Shown: positions 47,701 to 57,788, counted from the first letter of the stretch. The stretch is 64,000 nt of DNA from Polyangiaceae bacterium (GCA_033763455.1 JANRKO010000043.1:32001-96000); one strand, 5' to 3'. Translations and numbers: made by a program. Notes: a model not told the origin generated them from the sequence alone.

Positions 47701-50195
47701 GAACAAATCGTTGCGTGCGTACATCTGAACGATGCCAGGCGAGGCCGCTACGCTTGGCCCTCTGCCTAGCAGGTCGCAATTAGGAGTGCCAAACGTAGGC
47801 ACCGCAAGCGGCGGGGGTGAACCCGCCCAAGCCTTGGAACAATTCCAATCACCACGCCGTGCAACCGCAAGCCCCCTAAGATCCACGCGCAGCTGAAAGG
47901 GCTCGACGATGCCGGACGTGGTGGCTCGATCTTTGAGTGGTCCTGTGGGCACTTGGGTGCCCCAGGCGTCACTGAGGGCCGTTCCCAAGTTATCTCCGAC
48001 GTTTAGAACTGGCCAGCTTCCTGGATCAAAAGCCTGCCCATTCACCTTGATGAGCGTGCTTGTGTTGTTTCGATAATCCATCGCAAATTCTAGCGTGAAG
48101 CTCCGCACCTCGTGCAAGACTCCGGAGAAGTGTTGTTCGCCGGCGGCGCTTGCGAACTCGGCATCGTCCATTGCGAAGGTAACACCCCACACTTCGCTAT
48201 AAGAAAGGTTTCCCGGCGCAGTGCCCACAGGCCACCCTTCGGGGTGATACCTGGAAAGGCGCTGGATGAACGCAAACATCCCGTGGTTGGAAGGGCCCAT
48301 CTCGGCTAAATTGAGTCCACGGCCATTGCTAGCTCCAGGGGCCGGAGAAAGGGCGTCGAGTGCGCCCGTCTGAACGTTGGGCCGCTTTTCAACGCTACCG
48401 CGTTTGTCGAATACCTCAGCGAAGAGCGTCGTAGCGCTCTGCTTGTGAGCTTCCCACAGCTGCACCACACCATCCGGCTGCGCTGGAGTAGTAGCGCCCC
48501 CGGAATCGGTGAAGCCCTGTGTTCGAAATGGCAGAACACACTGCGAGAGATCGAACAGGCAGTTAGGGCGGCAGCGTACCACGCCGCCTGTAAGCTTACG
48601 ACCTGGAGTCGCTTGTTCGCGGGTTTGACCAAGTGCTTTGATTCGGAACTGGCTGTATACACGGTCGCAAGTCAACGGTGTGATCCCGTCGTCATCGAAC
48701 ACGGCGCCCCCGGCGGCTCCCACGTCACATTGCTCGAAGAGCGCGTCTGCTCCCGTCGTGAAATCGACAACACCGTTGCCGCAGCCAGGAACCGCGGGAT
48801 TAGTACTCACTCCCAGCGCGGGGCTACACGCCGACGTTTCCGCGAGCACCGCTGAATCGCATGAGGTCAAATACGGAGCCGCGTGGTTGGGATGGCCCAG
48901 CGCGTCCGACCCCGGGCACTTAAAACCTGAAGCCTGCCCTCCTTGAAAACAAGCGAATTCCACGCCTGGACTGTTAGATAGCGTGGGCACTTCGCCGTCG
49001 CCGACTCTGCCCGAGGTCCCCTGCGGGTCGGGCTTGGGGATCTCACGACCCGACGGCGAAAAGCCGTTGGGCTGGTCGTCGGTTGAAGGGTATAAGAAGC
49101 CTGCCAGAACCAGTTGATTGCCCGGAAATTGATACGTGTCCGGGCGGGCTGGCTCCGCAGATACATCGCCTCGGGTTCGGTCAAAACGATCCACATCGTG
49201 ATTCGGTGAGACGGAGTACTCGCTGTTGTTGGGGATACCAGCGGTCAGGCAGAGTTGGAAATCTCCCGCTTGAGGCGTTCGCGCGCCGGAAGTACCGCCG
49301 GTGTAGTAGGTGGCACAATCCGCATCCGTCATGCATGCCTTATCGGTCCACGTGGGATCCACCTCGCTCGGCGCCAAACGGTCCGTATCGGATCGGCAAG
49401 CTGCCCGCTGGCTTGTTGCATCAGCGAGTTGTTCTGCGCCCACCAGGGCGCGCCAAAGCCCTCATACAGAGGGGATCCATCCAACTTGAGCGCAGGATCC
49501 GGAGGCAGCGAAGCTTCAGAAAATGGGTAACCATAGCGAGGATTCACAAAGAGCGACAAGCCACCAATGGTGCGGCTAGGACGCCCAGTGAACCCCGTTG
49601 AGCGAAAGTGCGGGTTATCATCGCCACGTTGATCTGAGTAGTAATCTTCAAGGCCGAACAGCAAATGCCCCAGCTCGTGCGCCATCAGCTGAGCCTCGTG
49701 CCCGTGGCTCCCCGCAAGGCCAGTAACAGTGAGCCTGCCAACGTTACTGAGTGCTTGCTGCACGTTCCTGCAGGTCATTGGGCTTCCTTCGCCGAAGCTT
49801 CCTGAGGAGAACGCGCGCTCGTCTTGGCCGCGCCATAGAATATCCGCATTCTTCTTCTCTGAAGGATGATTGACGAATTCGACACGCTCGATGCTGACCA
49901 GGCCGTCGGTGGTGTCGCAAATGGTCTTCGAAGCGCCTGCCATCTGCTGCTTGAATTCGCTAAAGTCAGAAGCTGTGCGCGGAGAATCCACGAACACTTT
50001 GAGTGCCACGTTGACGCGTGCAAGAGACCCATCTGCTCCAAAAACCGGTGTCATCGTGCCCTTGCCGGGGAGCGTGGACGCGCCACCAGGCATTGCCTGC
50101 CCGGAAGCTGGCGTTCTCTGACTGCAAACCGCCCCAATACCGATGCCCAAAGCGCAAGCTGCGCCAACCCAAGTTCGTTTCCGTGTCCCGCTCAT
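44743..50195 (-). pseudogene. CLCA-like secreted zincin-vWA-TSP3-PKD/HYR protein (~1,817 aa), broken by a frameshift (~49,399) and an in-frame TAA (47,050-47,052)
   Basis: AHELGHLLFGLEDYY; vWA DKSGS before the stop, GGTETGRAL and LSDG after it in the same frame; DADGDGIP repeats; ANAGPDQ; DTTPPVL. Confidence 0.8.
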
Positions 50196-50360
50196 GAGCT
50201 CCAGCTAGCGCGAAAGCGATAGAGCTTGCAACCCTTGGCCGTGTTACAAAAGTGTTGCGAATCGCCGAGCACAGCTGGAGTGGAATGGGGCAAGAATAGG
50301 CAGCATCAAGTTGACGCCTTTTGCGGCTCGTGGGACCATACCGCCTAAGGTGGCACCAAC

Positions 50361-51503
50361 GTGAACCAGGCGAAACGAAGGCTAGGTTTCTGGATGGCGG
50401 CGGGGCTGCTCGCACTGGGTGGAGTGAGCACTGCTGGGTGCCGGGGCGGGACGAGCGCGGCACCTTCAACGTCTCCAAGCACAGGTGGAGGAGGTGATGG
50501 TGCGGCTGGGGCGCCTGTCGGTGCCGTCGGTGGAGCTCTGGTGCCGGGCACCGGGCTACCGTGGCCGCCGCCGAACCTGCTTCTGTTCATTGGTTATCAC
50601 AATTCTTTGGGCATCCAGGTAGACGACAAGTACCTGTATTGGTCTGACGCAGCGGGTTCGTCGTTCATGCGAGCCGACAAGACTGGCGCTGGCGAGCCCC
50701 AAGAAATTGTGCGATGCGCATGTCACCCCCTGCGGTTCGTTGCTGACAAGGCGACGGCCAGCCTTTACGTTCTCAATAGGGATCGTGTGCTGCAAGTGGA
50801 CAGGGAGACATTCGTTCAAACAGCGTTGCCCCTGGACTGGGACCACACTAGTGGCGACCTCTTCGCCGATGACCAGTACATTTACACCGCCATGCACGGT
50901 TGCGCAGCTATTACGCGCTTCGACAAGCTCTCGCACGCAAAGGAGGTAATGGGCATCTCTGGGGTCAAATACCCAGCGCGCGCAGGTTATACAACGCTTG
51001 GCAAGGCAGGCGGAAAGCTCGTCTGTAGTTCCCCCACCGAAGTTTATGTGATCGACACCTGGGGCCAGGGCGGCCGGCGTGTTTACGATCAGGGCAACAG
51101 CTTGTGGGGCATTACTGGGGTATCCGACAGCGCATACTGGGTTGACTCGGATGTGGTCACAAGAGTGGGATGGACGACGGTGGGCCCAGAAAGTGTTAAT
51201 CTGATTTCAAAGGAAGCCAGGGGTCGACCCAGCCGGTTGCTCTACCTGCCAACCCTTGAGAAACTGGCTTTCGCCTCCGGCTTTGGCATCCAGAGCTTCA
51301 GCCCCGCGACGAACCAGTTTGACGGTTTCGCAGCGGTTGGCGTCTTGGCTCAGTTTGGAAGTTCGGCTATCATTGATTTCGCTGTGGACTCCGAGTTCGC
51401 GTATGCCACCATGTCAGGCGGCAGAACTCATATCGTTAACGGAGTATTGCAAGGCGACGTTGCCTCATGGATTGCGCGCGTTCCGTTGGATGCGTTGAAG
51501 TAG
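50361..51503 (+). CDS. Lipoprotein with beta-propeller-like repeats
   Basis: STAGC lipobox; VDDKYLYWSD, ADDQYIYTA and VDSEFAYAT blade-like motifs. Confidence 0.75.
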   Translation: MNQAKRRLGFWMAAGLLALGGVSTAGCRGGTSAAPSTSPSTGGGGDGAAGAPVGAVGGALVPGTGLPWPPPNLLLFIGYHNSLGIQVDDKYLYWSDAAGSSFMRADKTGAGEPQEIVRCACHPLRFVADKATASLYVLNRDRVLQVDRETFVQTALPLDWDHTSGDLFADDQYIYTAMHGCAAITRFDKLSHAKEVMGISGVKYPARAGYTTLGKAGGKLVCSSPTEVYVIDTWGQGGRRVYDQGNSLWGITGVSDSAYWVDSDVVTRVGWTTVGPESVNLISKEARGRPSRLLYLPTLEKLAFASGFGIQSFSPATNQFDGFAAVGVLAQFGSSAIIDFAVDSEFAYATMSGGRTHIVNGVLQGDVASWIARVPLDALK

Positions 51504-51554
51504 AGCCACCATCGCGGGACGAGCCTAGCCAACCCGCGTGCCAGAGAAGATATG

Positions 51555-51700
51555 CAGGTTATCATCGCCACGTTGATCTTGATCTGAGTAGTAATCTTCT
51601 AGACCGAACAGAAAATGCCCGAGTTCGTGCGCCATCAGCTGGGCATCGTGCCCGTGCCTCCCTGCAAGTCCGGCTTCATTGGTGAGCGCCTGCGGCACCT
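51555..51700 (-). pseudogene. Relic of a second CLCA-like gene (HExxH segment only)
   Basis: GLAGRHGHDAQLMAHELGHFLFGLEDYYSDQDQRGDDN, versus GLAGSHGHEAQLMAHELGHLLFGLEDYYSDQRGDDN at ~49,615-49,720. Confidence 0.85.
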
Positions 51701-51740
51701 GCGAAACTTGTGGTGCCCGCTGAACCGCCAGCCCCAACCC

Positions 51741-52262
51741 TTAAGGATACAACGGGGAACATACTAGTTGCTCAGTCTCCAGCCGATCGCACTTCTTGCC
51801 AAACCGCCCACTCACGCTTCCCAGTTGGCACGGAGCGAATAGGGTGGATTGGACGCCGACCAGCTGAAGTTGCGCATCAAAGTGATAGCCGGTGCCACGC
51901 TCCGCAACTACTGAGATGCCACCACACGAATTCTTATAGCGGTAAATGTCACCATAGATGCGGTTAAACACTTGGTCGCAGACTGAAAGAGCCTCGTCAG
52001 GGCTTTTCGGACAGTTCTGCCCGGGGCCTCCGCACACACAACTGAGAACCCTCGCTGAACATTCGTCAGAACAATCGCTACTCAGGCTCTCTGTGGCTCC
52101 ACCCACTCCGACAGATCCACCACTTCCCGTGGCTCCGCCGATCCCCGTCGGCAAGCTACCGGCGAGCGCTGGGTTCACACCGTCGTCAATCGCGGTGCCA
52201 CCACAGCTGGCAACGGCGACGCCCGTTGCGAATATAAAACTCTGCATCATCTTCATGGGCAC
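51741..52262 (-). CDS. Cys-rich lipoprotein with Gly/Ser/Thr linker
   Basis: VAVASC lipobox; Cys-rich C-terminal domain. Confidence 0.7.
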   Translation of the reverse strand: MPMKMMQSFIFATGVAVASCGGTAIDDGVNPALAGSLPTGIGGATGSGGSVGVGGATESLSSDCSDECSARVLSCVCGGPGQNCPKSPDEALSVCDQVFNRIYGDIYRYKNSCGGISVVAERGTGYHFDAQLQLVGVQSTLFAPCQLGSVSGRFGKKCDRLETEQLVCSPLYP

Positions 52263-52353
52263 GTTGCCTGGTCAGCTTCCGGTAAACGCGTACTCTGCGT
52301 GGATTCCATGAGAGCACAACAAGAGAGGAAGCCTCGCCCAAAAGTAACGACGT

Positions 52354-52873
52354 TCCCGCTCATGACCTCCAGCTAGCGCGAGAAGCGATGAGCTTGCAAC
52401 CCTTGCTTGCGTTACAAAAGTGTTGCGAATCGCACAGCACAGCTGGAGTGGAATGGGGCAAGAATACGCGGCATCAAGTTGACGCCTTTGGCCGCGTGTG
52501 GGACCGTACCTCCTCAGGTGACACCAACGTGAACCAGGCAAAACGAAGGCTAAGTTTCTGGATGACGGCGGGGCTGCTCGCACTGGGTGGAGTGAGCACT
52601 GCTGGGTGCCGGGCTGGGACGAGCACGGCACCTCGGGCGCCTGTCGGTGCCGTCGGTGGAGCCCTGGTGCCGGGCACCGGCCTACCGTGGCCGCCGCCCA
52701 ACCTGCTTCTGTTCATTGGTTATCACAATTCTTTGGGCATTGAGGATTTCGCCGCGGACTCGGAGTTCGTGTATGCGACCATGTCAGGCGGAAGAACTCA
52801 TATTGTTAATGGAGTGTTGCAAGGCGATGTTGCCTCATGGATTGCCCGCATTCCTTTGGATGCGTTGAAGTGA
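52354..52873 (+). repeat. Direct-repeat copy of 50,186-50,614 joined to a copy of 51,374-51,503
   Basis: Near-identical by eye, including the intergenic DNA and both gene starts. Confidence 0.9.
52529..52873 (+). pseudogene. Internally deleted (in-frame) copy of the propeller lipoprotein, 114 aa
   Basis: Same N- and C-termini as 50361..51503; net deletions of 42 and 756 nt. Confidence 0.8.
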
Positions 52874-53697
52874 AAGCCACATTGAATCCCGCCACACCGG
52901 CGCCGTGGGTGGTTGCGGTACTTGTCCCCGCATTCAATGAGGCGGACGCCATCGCGGGAGTAATTCGGGAATATCTGGCCCTCTCCCGGGACTTTGCTGG
53001 GCATAACCTCCGCTTTGAACTGCATATTATCGACAACGGTTCGACGGATGGAACGGCCAAAGTTGCTGCATCTGAATTGCATCTGGCACGGGACTGCCAC
53101 GTGCACCGCGTCGCTGTTCGCGGCAAAGGTAACGCCGTTCGATGGGCGTTTTCGAATATTCAGGGTGACTTCTACGTACTCGTGGACGCCGATCTGAGCT
53201 ACTCCATGACCGATATCCCGGCGCTTGTCGCGATTGTGGCCAACGGCATCTGTGAGATGGCAGTAGGCGATCGGCTTATCGGCGGCGCATACCGCAAGGC
53301 GCACGGTCCGGATTTTCGATGGGCTGCAAACGAATTTGTATCTTGGGTCATCGGGTGGAGCCTTCAGCAATCCCGCGTCGATGCGCTGAGCGGGCTGCGC
53401 GTCCTCCATGGACCGCTAGCACGTTCCATGGACCTTCGTGAAGGTGGCTTTGCCCTTGAAACTGAGCTGATGTTCGAAGCTGCGCGGTTGCGTGCGCGAA
53501 TTCATTCGTTGCCTGCTGTCTATCGGGGGCGGCCAGCTGGGCAGAAGTCGAAGCTCGTCACCTCGAAAGATGGCCCGATTATCCTTTGGACTCTTGTTCG
53601 ACGACTACTCGCCCACCACACTAAGTCCAAACGCGCGTCGGTTGCCCGCAGCGCAGTAGTCCGTCACCGGGGCTCCGATTCCAGCATGGAGCGGTAG
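52870..53697 (+). CDS. GT2 polyprenol-phosphate glycosyltransferase (DPM1/GtrB-like)
   Basis: VPAFNE, IDNGSTDGT, GKG, VDADLSY, SGLR, GFALETE. GTG start overlaps the upstream TGA. Confidence 0.88.
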   Translation: MKATLNPATPAPWVVAVLVPAFNEADAIAGVIREYLALSRDFAGHNLRFELHIIDNGSTDGTAKVAASELHLARDCHVHRVAVRGKGNAVRWAFSNIQGDFYVLVDADLSYSMTDIPALVAIVANGICEMAVGDRLIGGAYRKAHGPDFRWAANEFVSWVIGWSLQQSRVDALSGLRVLHGPLARSMDLREGGFALETELMFEAARLRARIHSLPAVYRGRPAGQKSKLVTSKDGPIILWTLVRRLLAHHTKSKRASVARSAVVRHRGSDSSMER

Positions 53698-55361
53698 TAG
53701 CTGAGCGCGCGGGCAGTACTGGGTTGCGTTGGGTCCAGTTGTTGGGCGCGCTCTAGAGTCTCCACGGCCTTTCGGTAGTGCCCCGTTGCGCCGTAGGCCT
53801 CGCCTAGGTTGTGGTGTATTTTCCAGTCACCAGGGCGCCCCGATGCCGCCCGTTCATAGAATGGCAATGAGGCGTGATGCTCACCATCGCGAAAGTACTG
53901 GTTGCCCAACAGGTAAAAAAACGAGGCCTCTTGGAGCCTATACGCGGGAGACCAAGAGACTAAGGACAGTGATGTTGCGACCCCGCCTAACGCCCACCGG
54001 AGCGGAGAAGCGCTCCGAGTAATGGCGGCACGCAAACCGTGCGCGGACATAATGCACAGCACTGGAACGGCCGGTACTCTGTAGCGGCTAGAGAAAAAGA
54101 AAATCAAGACTGACACAAGGTTTGTGAGCACTATGCACCCGAGGAGCGCGGATTTTCCAAACAAGAAACGCCTCCTCATTCCGAGCATCGCGAAACCTAA
54201 AAGCGCTCCAAACGGGAGCGGCATCAACCAAAGGCTGGGGTGAATCGAGCGTTCCGCAGAGAGTACGTATTCCATCGAGATTTCGTCGCTCCCGAACCAG
54301 CCCCGGAGTTTCTTTGCCCAGAGGATCGCCGCGTCTCCGAGGTTCGCACGCAAGTAGCTCAGCCCTTGTTGATACCAGTAGGCGTCCACTTCCTGGGTGG
54401 TAGCTCTCCTTCCAAGAGCTTTCTGTGCGACTTTAGTCGCTTCGTCCGCCTGCGTTATCGGATCCCCTGAGAGCCCAGCTAGCTGAGCGTAGGCACCTTC
54501 CGAGTTAGGGTTGTTGCCTTGAGCGAACGTAACGCCGCCTTGTGCGGAAATGAGGACCCACTCGCCCGAAACAGCACGGTTGCGAAATGTGGCAGGGGCG
54601 ATACCGACGCCAATGCCTGCTAGCAGAATGATCACGGGCCCCGAGCGTTTCCCTATTTGTCGGGCGCGCCAGGTACCTCGCGTCAGAAGCCACAGGCCAG
54701 CGAAGGGGGCCAAGAGTAACGTATTCGGTCGGGCAAGGCAAGCCAAGCCCAAGGCGAGCCCACCGAGTAAAGGCCATCTTAGGTTTCTTCCACGCGACGG
54801 AAGCATTAGGTACACGCCTAAGAGCGTCAGGAAAGTTCCGAGAGTTGTTTCAACGACGGTGAGCTCCAGCACTCCCGCAGCCCCATATAGGCACCAAAGA
54901 AGGGCTGCAATGGTCGCAGTGTGGTGGCCGAATGTGGCCAACCCGAGCTTGTATACGAGCCAGACCGTCAGCGCCGAGAGCCCTACCTGCGAAAGATAGA
55001 CAGCCCAGATGTTACCGCCCACAAGTTGGATCGCCCCTAGGTAATACGCATACAAGGGCGCAAACGAAAATGGCTGCGATCCCAAGAGAGTAGATCCCTT
55101 GGCGATCGATGTAGCCGCTTCCCAATATCGCTGCGAATCTAATGGTAGGAAATGCTGCTCGGTCGGGCTTGATGTCGCAAGATCCCACAAATAGGCGCCA
55201 CGCGTTAATGCGAACAACAGCACCACGGCATGCCACTGTTGCCACTTGGTCCGGCCTCCGATGGGCGGCGTTGCCGGGGACCTGACGTCCAGGGACTGGG
55301 ATGCGTCCGGCAACCTTTTCTTTGCACCTCCGCGCTTGGGGCGGGCCCGAGTGCGGATCAC
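53664..55361 (-). CDS. GT-C fold glycosyltransferase (ArnT/PMT-like) with C-terminal TPRs
   Basis: LDSQRY loop, APLY, many TM helices, LARPN, SRYRVP, TPR HHNLGEAY. Confidence 0.82.
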   Translation of the reverse strand: MIRTRARPKRGGAKKRLPDASQSLDVRSPATPPIGGRTKWQQWHAVVLLFALTRGAYLWDLATSSPTEQHFLPLDSQRYWEAATSIAKGSTLLGSQPFSFAPLYAYYLGAIQLVGGNIWAVYLSQVGLSALTVWLVYKLGLATFGHHTATIAALLWCLYGAAGVLELTVVETTLGTFLTLLGVYLMLPSRGRNLRWPLLGGLALGLACLARPNTLLLAPFAGLWLLTRGTWRARQIGKRSGPVIILLAGIGVGIAPATFRNRAVSGEWVLISAQGGVTFAQGNNPNSEGAYAQLAGLSGDPITQADEATKVAQKALGRRATTQEVDAYWYQQGLSYLRANLGDAAILWAKKLRGWFGSDEISMEYVLSAERSIHPSLWLMPLPFGALLGFAMLGMRRRFLFGKSALLGCIVLTNLVSVLIFFFSSRYRVPAVPVLCIMSAHGLRAAITRSASPLRWALGGVATSLSLVSWSPAYRLQEASFFYLLGNQYFRDGEHHASLPFYERAASGRPGDWKIHHNLGEAYGATGHYRKAVETLERAQQLDPTQPSTARALSYYRSMLESEPR

Positions 55362-55702
55362 AACGTCGCATTCCCGTGCTCGGCAATGTGCCTAGCCATA
55401 TGCAGGGGTGGTTACACCAGTGCCGTCAGGTACTCAATGGGAACGAGCCCGTTCCGAACGGTTCCCGCTCTTCGTCAACCTCGGCAAGTGGTTTGCCTCA
55501 GTTGACGGGCCCGCAGAAAATGCTTTTAAATTCTGGCTTTTTGGGCATCTACAGTCATGAGCAGGGTGTAGCGGAGCTCTGCCAGCCCGGTCGTTCAAGT
55601 CATATCGGCCTGGCGACGGAAGGTCACAGCGGTGGATTCATGGTCTGGCAGCGGGTGACTCCACCGCGTGAACGTGCTGGGTCGGCCAGTCGCCACTAAC
55701 GT

Positions 55703-56587
55703 CTATCGATACGCTAGAGCCGACGAGGAGATCCTCGGCCCATGACAAGATTTCTTGCAAAGCCATTTCGCAGACCACACATTTTCTGGAGATAGCTTCG
55801 GTCCGAGGATCAGCTCAACGAGCGACACGCCATCTCGAAAAGCGAGCGGCACGTACGGCGCGATTCCAAAACGGTTGTTACCGATTTCATACAGGCCCAC
55901 CGACTCCACGACGGTTCGGGCGATGATCCGCCACTCGCGTTCCTCGTAGTAGGGTTCTCGCTTCACCGTCGGGTTAAGCTGATGCATGAGCGCGATGAGA
56001 GTATTCTCTACCTCCGTGGGGCTCCGGAAGCTTGGGAGATACTTTTTGAGCAAGGCTGACACCAGCGGCCGCAGGTTGCTTGAAGCGTGGTCCTCCTTCG
56101 CGCCATCGTAGCGTACGCGAACCAGCTCGGTTGCCGTGCGCCATGGCTTGCTTGACGCACCTGGAAGTTTGTCCCCTTGAATTCTAAATCCAAGCGCGAC
56201 GCCTGATCCATTGTCACCATAGCGAGACCATTGACTCAGTGAGTCGCGAAGTTCGGTGAGGCTAAACAAGAAGGTCGGCGGTAGCTCCGGACGGCTGAAA
56301 TCAAAGTATGAAAGAGCCCCCGTGGCTTTGCCAAGGTGCAAAAGATCGATCGTCTCGTGGCGCGGTGAGGCGGCAACTGCGTTCGCCCAACACTCGGAAA
56401 CCAGTTGGGGGGCGACGATGCTATCAGCCGGGTCATTCATAAATGCGTGGCAGCCTAGGTGGAGCGAAGATGTTGAGAGAATCGCTATGGCAGCTGGGAT
56501 CGTTGTGTAGTGCCACAAGACGTCCGGTGGCGTGACGTCTACCAAACCATCGGCAAGATCTTTCAGCAGCCGAACGTCGAGCAACAT
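55703..56587 (-). CDS. DUF2971-like protein
   Basis: LWHYTT, MNDP, FSLTE..DSLSQWSRYG..G.GVALGF, K...Y.EEREWR. Confidence 0.8.
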   Translation of the reverse strand: MLLDVRLLKDLADGLVDVTPPDVLWHYTTIPAAIAILSTSSLHLGCHAFMNDPADSIVAPQLVSECWANAVAASPRHETIDLLHLGKATGALSYFDFSRPELPPTFLFSLTELRDSLSQWSRYGDNGSGVALGFRIQGDKLPGASSKPWRTATELVRVRYDGAKEDHASSNLRPLVSALLKKYLPSFRSPTEVENTLIALMHQLNPTVKREPYYEEREWRIIARTVVESVGLYEIGNNRFGIAPYVPLAFRDGVSLVELILGPKLSPENVWSAKWLCKKSCHGPRISSSALAYR

Positions 56588-56801
56588 GATCCAAATGCTA
56601 ATGGCGTTCGGTTGCGTGCGCTAGCGCAAGGTGAAGAACGACAGAGCGTTTGGATTGCCAGTAAGTTCGTGGCCGCCGCGTGCACGCGCCTCGTCGCGGA
56701 TACCAACATGGCCAAGGCTCTATTTCGGTGCATCGTCAATCATGGCAAGGGGGTTGACAACGTTTGACTGTCGTCGCTAGGTCCGCAGCTTTTGTGCGGG
56801 T

Positions 56802-57788
56802 TCACTGTCGTTGAGAGCTGCCGCGCGGGAAGGCCTCGCCACGGAATTCAGGTGTTGGTGGTTGCTGTGTTCGGCCCTCGGCTCCGGCCTCACTCCCCGG
56901 CTCCAAGAAGAATGTCACGCGCGCGACGCTACCTGGGGTTTCCCCGGGGAATTCGAACTTGGAACCCACACAGAGGCTGGTGCGTTTGAGGCCGCCCGCA
57001 TGCCGTGCGTGGAAGGAGGCCAAGACTGGGCCTCCCCCGCTGCCTTCCCGGAACTCAAGATCGAGTCCAGTGCTCACTAGATCGGCGCCCACGACACGAA
57101 GAAAAGCGAGGGTTCGTGCATCGTGCTGGCAGGCGTCCTCCTGCGACAAACATACTCCCTCAGCGGCAAGACTACTGCGCGCGCACATCCACAGGTTTCT
57201 CGACTCTGTGCACGGGTTGTTTGCGCCACGCAAGTAGATTGCGGAGAGATGAAGATGCCACGCCTCGTCATCCTGAAGCTGAACGCCACACACACCGGGA
57301 ATGCACAGTGCTCCGGATGTACACGGATTGCAGTGGGTGCTCCCAGCTTCGCACCCGCCTTGGCCAGCATTATCGGTCGTTACTGGGCACGACGCACCGC
57401 CGCAGCAAGGCACGTCACAGGAGGCCGAGGTTAACGCGCCGGTCCAGCCGTTTTGCGATGAGGCTGCAGGTGGTGGTGCCGTTGCGCTCGCAGGAAATGT
57501 TGTCACGGTTGACGGCGCCGCGGGTGCTTGCACAGTCTTGCTTGAGCCGGAGCACATCCTTACCGCAACGACGGATAGCACAGCAGCCCCAGCGACCAGA
57601 CCAAGCAAGGGCCAACCAGGTCGCTGTCCGTTGGAAGAGGTAAGCAAGTCACGGTTCGATGGGGTGATGCGGGCCTTGCCAGTCTCGGCACGGAGCGCCG
57701 AGCGAGAAGTCTTTTGCTCCGCCGCCGCCGCCGGCGCATCAAGGACCAGAGGCGCCAAGCGTTTGCGTCCAGTTTTGGGCTCGGTCAC
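56802..57788 (-). CDS. Single-TM protein with Cys-rich extracytoplasmic domain
   Basis: TM WPLLGLVAGAAVLSVVAV, P/T/A linker, many Cys. GTGA-coupled to the upstream gene. Confidence 0.7.
   Translation of the reverse strand: MTEPKTGRKRLAPLVLDAPAAAAEQKTSRSALRAETGKARITPSNRDLLTSSNGQRPGWPLLGLVAGAAVLSVVAVRMCSGSSKTVQAPAAPSTVTTFPASATAPPPAASSQNGWTGALTSASCDVPCCGGASCPVTTDNAGQGGCEAGSTHCNPCTSGALCIPGVCGVQLQDDEAWHLHLSAIYLRGANNPCTESRNLWMCARSSLAAEGVCLSQEDACQHDARTLAFLRVVGADLVSTGLDLEFREGSGGGPVLASFHARHAGGLKRTSLCVGSKFEFPGETPGSVARVTFFLEPGSEAGAEGRTQQPPTPEFRGEAFPRGSSQRQ

Noticed and set aside
47050..49410. Programmed readthrough or frameshift in the CLCA-like gene
   Set aside because: The stop is TAA (not a Sec or Pyl codon), and I see no slippery heptamer or homopolymer run at the frameshift. 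Mutation or sequencing error is simpler.
49610..52873. Diversity-generating retroelement (template / variable repeat pair)
   Set aside because: Mismatches between the copies are not adenine-specific, many are synonymous, and no reverse transcriptase is present in the window.
55690..56615. Integron attC-like ends around the DUF2971-like gene (CACTAAC / GTTCGG)
   Set aside because: The core sites face the wrong way for a cassette, and I cannot build a full attC hairpin.
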